Below the pieces are notes generated by a model. That model was not told the origin of the DNA. It did no database searches and saw only the letters and a program-made list of their open reading frames with translations. Below, one piece after another: positions 52,596 through 64,000 of a stretch of DNA of 64,000 nt. Numbering within the stretch: position 1 is the first letter of the stretch; each line of letters opens with the position of its first letter. Source of the stretch: Octopus vulgaris (Eukaryota); assembly GCA_951406725.2 (NCBI GenBank), contig OX597814.1, positions 116,746,001 to 116,810,000 on the forward strand, written 5' to 3'. Made by a program: the position numbers and the translations under genes.

Positions 52596-52826
52596 GGCGG
52601 TAAGCTGGCAGAGACGTTAGCACGCCGTGCGAAATGCTTAGCGGTATTTCGTCTGCCGGTACGTTCTGAGTTAAAATTCCGCCGAGGTCGACTTTGCCTT
52701 TCATCCTTTCGTGGTCGATTAATTAAGTACCAGTTACGCACTGGGGTCGATATAATCGACTTAATCCGTTTGTCTGTCCTTGTTTGTCCTCTCTGTGTTT
52801 AGCCTCTTGTGGGTAGTAAAGAAAGA
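52596..52826 (+). mobile_element. SINE-A with 16-bp TSD, nested in the piggyBac
   Basis: TSD GGTACACGAGTGTAAA at 52580-52595 and 52827-52842. Confidence 0.92.
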
Positions 52827-54542
52827 GGTACACGAGTGTAAATTACTTGTAGGACTAGAAGATCTAGCTACAGCAGAATCCTTAAGAGTACTGGCAGTAT
52901 GGGATGAGAAACGTAGATTGGTTTTGAGTTGATTGGAAGCCATATTGCTAATACGGTATAATTAGCAAAATTACAGCTCATATAGTAATAAAGTCTACAT
53001 CCGGGCGGTAAATATTTCCATGAAACGTCTAGCCAGCCTACCGGGTTGTAAATATTGACATGAAAAATCTAATCGGCTTATCAGTAGGCAGGTGGACCGC
53101 AACTACTCAGGTGACAGGTTCTAAGTCAGTCGGTGGATAATTACGTCGGCCGATTTAAATCCTCTACATTGCGTGCGTAAATTTATGTCAACCGTTTTAA
53201 ATATGTTTAAAAGGAAAGAAGGAAAAACACACTTCTTTTAATGTTAAATGATCCCACAAGAAGAGGGAAAGAAACTGGGTCTGGGGCTAGAGAGTAAATC
53301 CGAACTTTTGCAACCCTGCACAACATTCGGTTTCATTTTCTCAATTTTTCAACGAGGCTCCCTCTATCCAATGGTTCCAACAATGTAAGAACGATTAATA
53401 TAGATAGCTGTTTTTGTGGGTATATTCATTAATACGAACTAAAAATAATGACTGTAGTAACGTTCCCAATGTCTTTGTTTTAATTTATATGCTAAGGAAC
53501 AGGGGAAGACAGTATATAATGAACTTGGATGCAAAGAGCAATTACAAATTTATGTTAAGTAAGTTTCAAAATTACTTGTTTATTGTAAATAAACACATAA
53601 ATACATAGATGTACTATGCAAGCATTGTGTCCTACATAAATTTCTTACAAAATGCTGGTACAATACAGAATGACAAATGATTGGGAATACAATAAGAAAA
53701 TGACTACTAGAAAAAAGAGAAAACGCAACTAAACACTACAAAAACACGCGCAAAAGATTCGCATAAAGAAAATAACATGCATATGTCTATGTACAAGGAA
53801 GATCACAAAAACTTATGTAAACTATCATCAAATACAGAAAAATAAATACTAATTTGAAAAGTGCAGTATTAAATAAGTCAAGTAGTGGTTTATTCAGTGT
53901 AACCATCATGAGGAAATTTGAAGTAAAAAAACGTCTGTTTTTTTTTTTTTTTAAATCTTTATATATATTTTCCTTGACTGATCTACAGTTTGAAAGCAAT
54001 TGAAATGAAGCATCAAAAAATTCTATAGTTTCAGCTCCGTGTTGCTAATTTGACTGCAGGACACCACTCTTACAATATTATACAATACTTATTGTATTTT
54101 CCACAGCCTCAGAAATTGAAAAGAAAATTTTGATAACCAAAATTATATTTGACTTCGTTTACTCACGTGTTTTTTTAATCATTCGCTTGTTTTAGTCTGC
54201 TGCCTATGGCAAGACGAAGAAACCACCATTTTTTAAATTTGATTTTATTTCTTGATCACATTATCTCTGTATTTTTGGTTAATGAAAGAGTTGGGCATTG
54301 TTATCTTCATTTGTGTTTCTTGTTGTGGCATAGATTCATCTGGGATGTAAAATAATGAAAACATTATTCAGTTCTTATTGAAAACACTGCTTCCATAACA
54401 TTGACAACTCTTAAACTTCTGTGCATATTACTGTGTTTTGTGCCTTTCAATACTAAGTCCATTAATCCCAAATTTATTTACATTGTTCTAGCTGCCTGAG
54501 GGCAAATATACTTGAACTTGCTCTTCTATATTTCTCACGTAA

Positions 54543-54766
54543 AGGCAGCGAGCTGGCAGAAACGTTAGCACGCCGGGCGAAATGCGTAGCCGTATTTCGT
54601 CTGCCGTAAACGTTCTGAGTTCAAATTCCGCCGAGATCGACTTTGCCTTTCAGGGTTGATAAATTAAGTACCAGTTACGCACTGGGGTCGTTGTAATCGG
54701 CTTAATCCGTTTGTCTGTCCTTGTTTGTCCTCTCTGTGTTTAGCCCATTGTGGGTAGTAATGAAAT
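54543..54766 (+). mobile_element. SINE-A with imperfect ~16-bp TSD
   Basis: TATATTTCTCACGTAA before and TATATTTCACACGTAA after. Confidence 0.88.
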
Positions 54767-55914
54767 ATATATTTCACACGTAATTTAGTCGGCCTGCTGT
54801 CAGTAAACCAAGGTTCTCTCTTATGTGGAGCTGAAGATAATTTTTCGCGAACTGAAGCTATTTCGCTCTTTTCTTTCTATCTCTAAGAAATAACGGTTTT
54901 GCGTATACTGACCTTCCTTTTTTGAACTGAACAGATATAATGTATATGACTTGCGTTATTGACATGTTTTTGCACATCTCATGTCATCATCGCGCACATA
55001 GGAACTTCTGGGCCACAACTTTTTCCGAACTTTCTCTGAATCAGTTTCCAGTCTGCTTTTGTTACAATTAAGGGCGAAATATTTCTAAGTGCCATTTTTT
55101 CTTGGCTGTCTCTTTGGTCCATACGTTTTCAGTTGTAATATATTATAGAATGTGAGAATCAATGGTGTAGCTATCACATTCTGGCAAACTTCCATGTTGT
55201 TTGAGAAGCAGTGAATAAATGAGATACCTAATTAAGATTCCGCTTGCCTTTATGCATATAATAGACTAAGCGAGAACATATTGTCATCGTACCATTGATT
55301 ATTTCGGAGTTTGAAGTTATTCAAGAGGAAAGCACCCCGTTAAACCAGGTCCATTAATAACTCTTCTATCTTTCTGAAGCTTTCTTCAAATTTGTCATCT
55401 TGGCTTGAAGTAATCATTGAGCAACATAATGTACATATAACCACATAAGGTTGTTTTATATGCATTATTCCTGTCTCGCGTGGCTTCACATACCTTAATC
55501 ACGTAAACAGAGTTTGTATTTAATGGAAAGATTAAGCATTTTACAAATTAATCATTAACCATGACATCTCCAGACTGACTAATCTAGTACCCGCCATGGT
55601 AGAACACAGTGTAGTTTGAGACATTTTATATTCACATTTGTTATACTTATTCTAGGGTCTCTAAAGAATAGAATTGTTACCATTTATTAGGTTTTAAATG
55701 AACTCTAAATTAACAACATTCATCTGATGTTTGAGTAGAGATTAATAATGGAAAAACTAGATCTGTTATTTGTGGTGGCTTTGCATGTAGGCATATTTAA
55801 CTCTATTCCTCTATCGCTCTCAGCTAAATCAACTGTAAGTAATATATTTCCTTGGGTGTGTGTTGTGTTCAAATAGAAAAAATGTCGCTTTCTAAAACCC
55901 AATAAAATTATGAA

Positions 55915-56082
55915 CAAAATGCGTAGCCGGCATTTCGCTTGTCTTTACATTCTGGGTTCAAATTCTGTCGACTTTGATTTTCATCCTTTCAAGGTCGATA
56001 AAATAAGAACCAGTTCAATACTATAAATGATTTAATTTAACACCTCTCCAGATATTGCTGGTTTTTGGTCATAATTTGAAAC
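55915..56082 (+). mobile_element. SINE-A fragment
   Basis: GGTTCAAATTC...TTTCATCCTTTCAAGGTCGATAAAATAAG. Confidence 0.7.
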
Positions 56083-56165
56083 TTATAATAACTGTCAAGT
56101 TATCTTTGCACTCGAGGGTTCTTCACTACACATCTCTTTTTTGGTAGCATTATCTTTCACTATAC

Positions 56166-56417
56166 CTTTTTATTTGTTTCAGTCATTTGACTGTGGCCAT
56201 GCTAGAGCACCACCTTTATTCGAACGAATCGATCCCAGGACTTATGCTTTGGAAGCCTAGTACTTATTCTATCGGTCTCTTTTGCCGAACCACTAAATTA
56301 CGGGGACATAAACACACCAGCATCAGTTGCCGAGCGATGTTGGGGTGGGACAAACACAGACACTTAAACACATACACACACACACACTCACACACATACA
56401 TATATACATATACATAT

Positions 56418-56484
<67 letters not shown>

Positions 56485-56640
56485 CGACGGGCGTCTTTCT
56501 GTTTCCTTCTACCAAATCCACTCACAAGTCTTTGGTCGGTCCGAGGCTATATTAGAAGACACTTGCCCAAGGTGCCATGCAGTGGGACTGAACCTGGAAC
56601 CATGTCGTTCGTAAGCAAACTACGTACCACACAGCCACCC
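56166..56640 (-). mobile_element. SINE-B, full length with expanded internal microsatellite
   Basis: Reverse complement of the 28480 family. Confidence 0.88.
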
Positions 56641-57020
56641 CTACTCCTTTCTAATAAATTTAGTTATTGCCTAATAAGTTTATGTATCAATAAATATGGC
56701 TTGCAACAAAAGAATTGCTTTGTGTCACTGCATTTAAGTCATTAATCTAAGAGAACCTTAGCTTTTCTGGGTCTCGACAATTTAATTTGTTAAGTAGAAA
56801 GTGTTTCGACCTTTTTGCAGATCATGTTTGATCATTTTCCATAACGAAATTTTCCAGAACTGGATCATTGTTTCATTTTCTAAATGACGATTCGGTAATT
56901 TGTTCACTAATGAGGTTAGTTTTGTTAGAATATATCTGTTTATTTGTACGTAGCAATGGAGCTCATATAATATATGTAATTTATCTGAGGAAGTTAAAAT
57001 TAGGTAAAAGTGTGTATGTA

Positions 57021-57064
<44 letters not shown>

Positions 57065-57353
57065 AGAAAGAGAGACAGAGGAAGAGAGAGATAGGAAGAG
57101 AAAGAGAGAAGCAAGAACCAACACGAAAGGTTTAAGGTACTTTCTGCTTTTTTCTGCTTTAGGAAATATGTGAGGTGAGTTTAGTACTGATTAATTGGAA
57201 TACAAACTAGGGCAGAAAGAATAGAACAGAAATGAGACAAAAAAATAGGTTTCTGTGGTGAATATCTTACTCTGAAGAAAATAGAGGAATCTAAGTTGAT
57301 TCATCTTGAGAAATTTGGTAAAGAGAAATACTTAGGAAATATACATTCACGAA

Positions 57354-57417
<64 letters not shown>

Positions 57418-57560
57418 ACACAAACAAATAAACAACAAATATACACAAAAATCAGAGGAAAATGAGCTTAATAGCAAATAATTAAAAGAAAGCCAAAATT
57501 AAATACAAAACGAAATGAAATATAATATTTATAATAAAATAACGGCGGGAAAAATATTAA

Positions 57561-58113
57561 TTTCAAACTTTGGTACAAGGCCACTAAATTCGAGGGATTA
57601 GATAAATCGATTATATCGATCTCAGTCCTCAACTGGTACTTATTTTATCGACCGCAAAAGGATAACAGCGGAATTTGAACACAGAAGGTAAAAACAGACG
57701 AAATTCTGCCGCCTTGAAGGACGTAAATATTCGTGGCACTCCGTCGGTTGCGATAACGAGGGTTCCATTTGATCCGATCAACAGAACAGCCTTCTCGTGA
57801 AATTAACGTGTAAGTGGCTGAGCACACTACAGACATGTGTGTACCCTTAATGTAGTTCTCAGGGAAATTCAGCGTGACACAGAATGTGACGAGGCTGGCT
57901 CTTTGAAATACAGGTACAACAAAAACAGGAAGAAGAGTGAGAGAAAGTTGTGGTGAAAGTGTACTGCAGGTTTCACTACCATCCCCTGCTGGAGCTACGT
58001 GTAGCTGTAGGAATTTTTGCTCAATAAACACACACAACGTCCTTCTGGGAATCGAAACCGCGATCCTTCGACCACGAGTTCGCTGCACTAACCACTGGGC
58101 CATTGCGTTTCTA
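57561..58113 (-). mobile_element. SINE-A fragment (57561-57720) adjoining a full SINE-C (57733-58113)
   Basis: Family motifs as above. Confidence 0.8.
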
Positions 58114-58547
58114 CGGTAAATATTAAGCACTAAACAAAAAGGAATCATCGGGGAACGTATTGTCAGAAAAAAACAGATCGCAATTCTTCGAAGAAAATGA
58201 ATTGCGAGCTAACACTTAATTTGTATTTTTGCATTTACACTGCTCACACACACACACACGCGCGCGCGCACGCACACACACACACACATACACAGGCATA
58301 CACCAGTCATAAAAGGAAATTAATTTCGAGCTAATACTTCGTTTCGTCTTTCACCCTTACATTACCGAATCGTGAGTGGTATAAAGACATTACCTAAATG
58401 TCGATATTCTCCGATGACGGAAAACAACAGCAATCTGGCAGTCGCATTCGAATCTGCCACGGCGTATTTAGAATGAAAAGTTATGTTTCTGTTGAAATTC
58501 GCGCTGTCGAAAATTCATATTTATTTAAGCGACATCAGCAACCGCCA

Positions 58548-58635
<88 letters not shown>

Positions 58636-59465
58636 TTGATAATTTTCAATAAACAAGATCTTGTATTCTTATTAGGTGTATCGGTCTGGCGCAGCATTTA
58701 TTGAGGGAATACGCAATAACGTTGAAACGCCGATGTGTCTCAATTCGCCTTACTTGAGTGGATCGGGTGTGGTTTGAACTCAAATCATCTTACAGAAGGA
58801 GGTGCTCTCCGATGACGAAAAATAATTCAACTATTCACATTCATATCTGCAACAGCGTTTTAAGATTGAATGTACATTTCTTCAAAAGGCGACCGAAACT
58901 TTGAAAGCGAAGTTGAACTGCAAATACAATTCAGGAGGGAGTTTTAAAGATTTACTATCACATGTGTTAGGGATAATTTTGAAGCAGATAGACCAGTTCA
59001 AAACTTTCCCAATAAAGGTTCCGGAAAACAACGGATATTGATAGGCCTCAAAATGCAAGAAACGAAACTAGAAATATATTTTCGGAGTTCAAGAGAATCT
59101 GTGCGGCGGGACTTCAGAAAAGTAAGGATTTGCAAAACAAGCGGCCATCTCATTTCTAAGCGTTGTCATTAGAAATAATACTTTTCAAGTATAGTTCACG
59201 CTCACAACGAAAAAGAGAGACAAAAAGAGTAGAGTGGTACTTGGAAAAATGTGTTGAAGAGGCATATTCTTCAACATTGAAGCTACACTTAAATCAATTG
59301 GTTCATTTTAAGCACCACAATTGAACCCACCGGGGACAGGAGAATTAGTATATGTCGGGTGAACAACATATTATGAGAGTTACGACGTTCTGCGGCTTAT
59401 CATTCACTTTTGAAGGTGCTGTGATTGACCTATTTGTTTTTGGTGATATTTGTTTCTTCTCGTAC

Positions 59466-59750
59466 CATGCCTGGGTCATAAGGGCCGATTTCGTGGTTTC
59501 ATTGGCGTATAGGTTCCCCACATGGATGGGACACCGGTCCGTCGCAGGTGAGATTCTGCTAGATGCAGGACGACAGAGTGAGAGTAAAATGTGGGGAAAG
59601 AGTCAGCAGGAATTCGCCATTATCTTCTGCAGAGCGGCGTGGAGCTTAGCTGTTTCGCCCATAAACCCACACATCGCCCGGTCTGCGATTCCGATCCACG
59701 GTCCCTTGTCCACGAGTCCATTGCCCTAGCCAGTAGGTCATGTGCCACCA
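59466..59750 (-). mobile_element. SINE-C variant with RTE-like tail
   Basis: Reverse complement of the 18407-type copy. Confidence 0.7.
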
Positions 59751-60298
59751 CGTCTGACCTATTTACTTAAACTAATTGCGATGATCAATCATATTAAGTA
59801 TTCAAGAGGACTTTTGACCAAAGGAAATTAGTCTTACCAAAAAAAAAAAAAGAAAAAAGGACTACCGAGACTTCCATAGTATTTTAAGGACTTAGCTTTA
59901 AGAACTTTGCGCAATATGTAGATTTGAAGAACATCAATATAATTACCCGCAATGTTCATCAGATCTCACGCTACTAGACTGCTTATGAGGATACCTAAAA
60001 GGTAAAATCTGCGGTACAAAACTGTTAAAGGTCGATGCACTGAGGGTAGCCACCGTACGAGAATGTATAGAAACATCGAACGAGTTGTTTCTCGATGTTT
60101 GCAATTATATGAAATGCATTATCAGTTTACAAACAGGCGTTCAAAAGTATTAAATTGTACATGTAAATGGCATTAAATCTTGAAAATAAAATGTAATTTA
60201 AGAAACACTGACATTATAATCATTTAATACGTGTATTCGTTTTTTTCGGAACTCTCCGTATACATACATACATACATTACACACACACACGAATACAC

Positions 60299-60374
<76 letters not shown>

Positions 60375-62909
60375 TTATGAATGTACGTTTGGTATTGATT
60401 TGAAACCAGATTCTTGTCACTAGCACTTAATTAAATTTCTGGATTACAAATTAGATTAAAAGATAATGTGAATTAATTTAAAAATAATTTCTCTCCGTTT
60501 TTTTTTGTTTTGTTAATAAAACAACATCTTGTACGACAATTAATAATATTACACCAACATTTTTCATACAATATACGTGAGTTTCTGTATATCAAGGATT
60601 AGAAGAAATTAAAATACAATTTGAATTTGTGATATAGAATATCAGAACACATTATCACCTGTTAATTAAATTGGAAATATTAAACAGATTAGAATGGATT
60701 TCTTAGAAGTTAACAAGTAGTTTTAGGTGTCAATGAATAATGCTTCTTTACAAGATAACTATAATAAGATACTGAAAATAATCGTGTCAAATCATCAAAT
60801 ACGAAAATATACTGTGAGCTGACGAATAGTTAGAAGCCGTACTTTTAATTGCATTTTCTTGTATTGTTTAAGCTGTGAACATTTTTGCGTAGCTATTAAA
60901 TTCTTGCAATTTAGATTCATATTTCATGAGATCATAATTCAGTGTTGTATTTGTTTCGAAATAGAAGAATGTATATAGATTAAATCTGATATGTGTAAGC
61001 TGAGAATTGTTCACAATTCTGACCACTTAATAAATTTATCTCATTCCTTTAATCAAAGTAGACATCAAAAATCTACTCCTCATCTTCATCAATTATAAAA
61101 CGTTAATTGCATAAGTGATTGATGGAAAGGGAAGGGTTACGTATGAAGTTGTCAGAAGAGAGATAGTGTAAAGCAAATACACAATTTTCAGTTAAGAATC
61201 AGTTCAATATATTAGAATACCCTTTATTTCTTTAACAATGATTGACATTCATTTACGATTATCGGAGAATTCTTCAGGTGAAGCTAATTGAAGGAGAAAT
61301 GGAAGGGAATAGTTTTGCTGTTGAGACAATGCATTAACCGAATTATAATCATATTTCTTAATGGTTAGTTTTCCATGAAGATGCTCACTATTCAAATCTA
61401 GAGTGCGTTATCCTTTCATCAATCGAATACAAGTGGATATGAAAGCATACATTCTCCAGTTATGGCCACTGAATATTTTGTGCCCAAAGGGAAATAATTC
61501 GAGAAAGTTATTCTCCACTGTCATTTGGATAAACAAAATTAACAAAATATGTTAATGATGGGCATCCTTCGAATACATGCTTTGTATATATGTCACTGTA
61601 ATAATGATACAAATCGTTTTAGTTTCATTATCAGTATTTGTAACCACATTGGCATATTATTTCGTTCAATTTAATTAAGTACGTAAACGATAAAAAAATA
61701 AAATATCAGTAAAAGGAACAGCAATACACATTCTCTATACCTGCTTCGGAATTTAAATATTCTGTGCTACTAGTTAATCTACTAAAACACTGCTTCTCGT
61801 TTAGAATATAATTTAACGAAATAAATACGTTTCTTTTTCTTTCTGCACAATTCTTAAATTCCAGAAGATGCAGGTTGTAAGATGCAGTGTAATGATAACA
61901 ATTTAAAACGCAAGCTAAACAATTACAGAAGAATTGCCTATTTTGCATTTATTTTCCTGATCAAGTTTATAATATATACAAAGATATACGGAAGAAAGTT
62001 TTCAGACTTCGTACTATTAGAGAAATAAAATAGAGTAGAATAGAAAAATATGTGCATATTTAAAAATAATTGTTTCAGTTAGAATATACAACTCTTGCAA
62101 AGAAATAAAAAATTAATATTTAATTTGGAGTTATTTCGAGACTTGCACAAGTAGAAGAGGAGCTGTAAACGACAGCCAGGCCACCGTTCGAATATTGTCT
62201 GCGGCGTTTGAACCGTCGATCAAAAAACAAACTATACTGTACTCTATACTGTATTCTATATCTCTCAAAAATCTTACGCGGGTATAATAATGAATTAGTT
62301 ACAGAGTACGATTGCGACTGAGACTTTGGAATCTTGAAACGAGTCTAGAGATACGATATATTTTAGCGTTGAAATAGTTATCATATCGAATACGACTTCA
62401 ATAGTTCTGTTGCAAAATTTAAGCTTGGAGTGTATTTTACGCATTCTTAATACCCTAATATAGGATCATATACATGCATGCGAACACACACACAAACACA
62501 CATATACACACACACACGTACGCACACGTATTCCTTTCCACCATGAAGCTTGTCACCAGGTCTTAATTAAAGTTCTGGATTAACATTTTAACTAAATGAT
62601 AATGTAATTTAATTTAAATTATATTACCTTATTTCTTTACTCAAAACTTTTCTGCGACAGTTAATAACATTATAATAACTTACTACATTCAACGTATATA
62701 AAGTTTTCCGTTGCAAGGATTATAGGAAAAAATTAAATTCTAATTTGTAATACAGAATGTTAGAACTTATCATTACACGCTAATGATATTGCAGACGTCA
62801 AACAAATTATTATAGAATAGCAGCAGTTCATATTGAGATTCAGCTGCTAATGGAATATTTATTTCTTCTTATCAGGTGACTATTTATAATTCCCAGATAT
62901 TACACCCGC

Positions 62910-63590
62910 AGGCACAGGAGTGGCTTTGTGGTAAGTAGCTTGCTTACCATGGTAAGCTAGTCAAACGTTTTAGTTACCACCTCAGTAGTTAGATCAGGGT
63001 GGAGAAGAGGTACCTGTCACATGAAAGGTTCAGAAAAAGATGGAAGCTTGTGGAGAGAAAGCTGGGAGTAACTGGCACCAAGTGAGCGGAGTCACGCAAA
63101 AGTACTACTCTGGTGTAGGATGCCCTTCCTTTGTGTTAAACATTGCTTTTAGTAATGTATTCATTTTTAATCTCATCTGTACGATAATTATTGTTAGTTT
63201 TTACTCGTTTAAAGCTACTTCACCCTTTTTATGTTTGTCTGTCCTTGTCCGTCCCCGCTATTTATTGCCTTATGGCAAATATTATGAAATAAAATAGCTT
63301 GCTTACCAAACACATGGTTCTGGGTTCAGTCCCACTGCATGGCACCTTGGGTAAGTATCTTCTACTCTAGTCTCGAGCCGACCTAAACCTTGTGAGTGGA
63401 TCTGTGTCCGCCCCACCATCGCCTGGCAATCGATGTTGGTGTGTTTACGTCCCATTAGCCTAGTGGTTCGGCAAAAGCATCCGAAGTACTGGGTTTACAA
63501 TGAATAAGTGCTGGGATGGATTTGTTCAACTAAAGGCGATACTCCAGTATGTCCGCAGTCAAATGACTGAAACAAATAAAACAAAAGAAT
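62910..63590 (+). mobile_element. SINE-B interrupted in its tRNA-like head
   Basis: Head at 62910-62949 resumes at 63309. Confidence 0.85.
62950..63294 (+). mobile_element. 5'-truncated L1/Tx1-like LINE 3' end with 14-bp TSD
   Basis: TSD TAGCTTGCTTACCA at 62936-62949 and 63295-63308; LVKRFSYHLSS*IRVEKRYLSHERFRKRWKLV; A-rich end. Confidence 0.75.
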
Positions 63591-64000
63591 ATTACATACC
63601 AAAAATATCACGTCTTGTTGCCATTACAACACAAGTCGACATATCCATGTAATTAATATATATGTATGTATAATTTTAAGTATAACTCTATAGATTTTGA
63701 TACACACACAGTCACAACCACACGCACACAGCACGCAAACACAGACACACACGCGCGCGCACACACACCTATATCAGGCATTAATTAGTTTGATATAGAT
63801 CAGGCATAATCACGCTCAACGTCATTAAATATTCTTGAGAATTTAAATGAAAGATGTGTAAATTATTTTAAAGGGTAACACCCAAAATAATTAAAATCTC
63901 TAAATATATACCACCTAAATCACATCTGAAATTTTTGCACACAACGTCTTTGTTTTCCTGAAGCTATAACGTAATGTAAAGAAATGTTATCACTCACATA

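Larger units (their letters stand above)
50417..53125 (-). mobile_element. Decayed piggyBac element (right boundary uncertain)
   Basis: TTAA|CC at 50417. Minus-strand motifs KRACFGV*LYKVC, GYTWNYKIYSG, IYMDSWFSS, WHDMKNVCILS, KPSVIISYN*RMGGVDRSDQL and a Cys-rich tail KRCTVC. Confidence 0.8.

Noticed and set aside
52181-52741. 186-aa Ser/Pro-rich ORF as a gene
   Set aside because: Chimera of an antisense SINE-A and the 36-bp minisatellite.
54200-55450. Coding-looking minus-strand stretch
   Set aside because: Frames I translated are interrupted by stops and no family motif was recognised.
59900-59970. Minus-strand CTGATGA (59956-59962) with a following stem
   Set aside because: No GAAA or stem III follows.
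61000-61950. Short peptide similarity (PFLLQxA, NWR) to the 8.0-8.5 kb region
   Set aside because: Matches are short and in inconsistent orientations; likely chance.

Overview
AT-rich, repeat-saturated eukaryotic DNA with no intact host protein-coding gene. The SINE families, the 5S sequence and the microsatellite load suggest a coleoid cephalopod such as Octopus (inference from recalled family sequences). Nearly all ORFs in the supplied track are microsatellite or transposon by-products. Identifiable content: a young 5'-truncated R4/Dong (RLE-type) LINE inside (TAA)n plus older Dong, CR1/L2-group and L1/Tx1 fragments; a decayed piggyBac; a Gypsy gag/LTR remnant; non-autonomous Helitrons; a TA-flanked MITE; about 30 copies of three main tRNA-headed SINE families; a TSD-flanked 5S rRNA copy fused to a retroposon tail; and possible ghost TSP1 and Ig exons near 2-8 kb. 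The most striking signal is a set of small non-coding units carrying type I hammerhead ribozymes (CTGANGA...GAAAC-palindrome-GTH). They occur as tandem and divergent inverted copies inside TA-rich microsatellites, resembling Penelope pLTR or non-LTR retrozyme units. The best example is the ~470-bp unit array at 42890-44320 with three intact hammerheads and a ~525-bp palindrome. All calls were made by eye, without folding or database searches.
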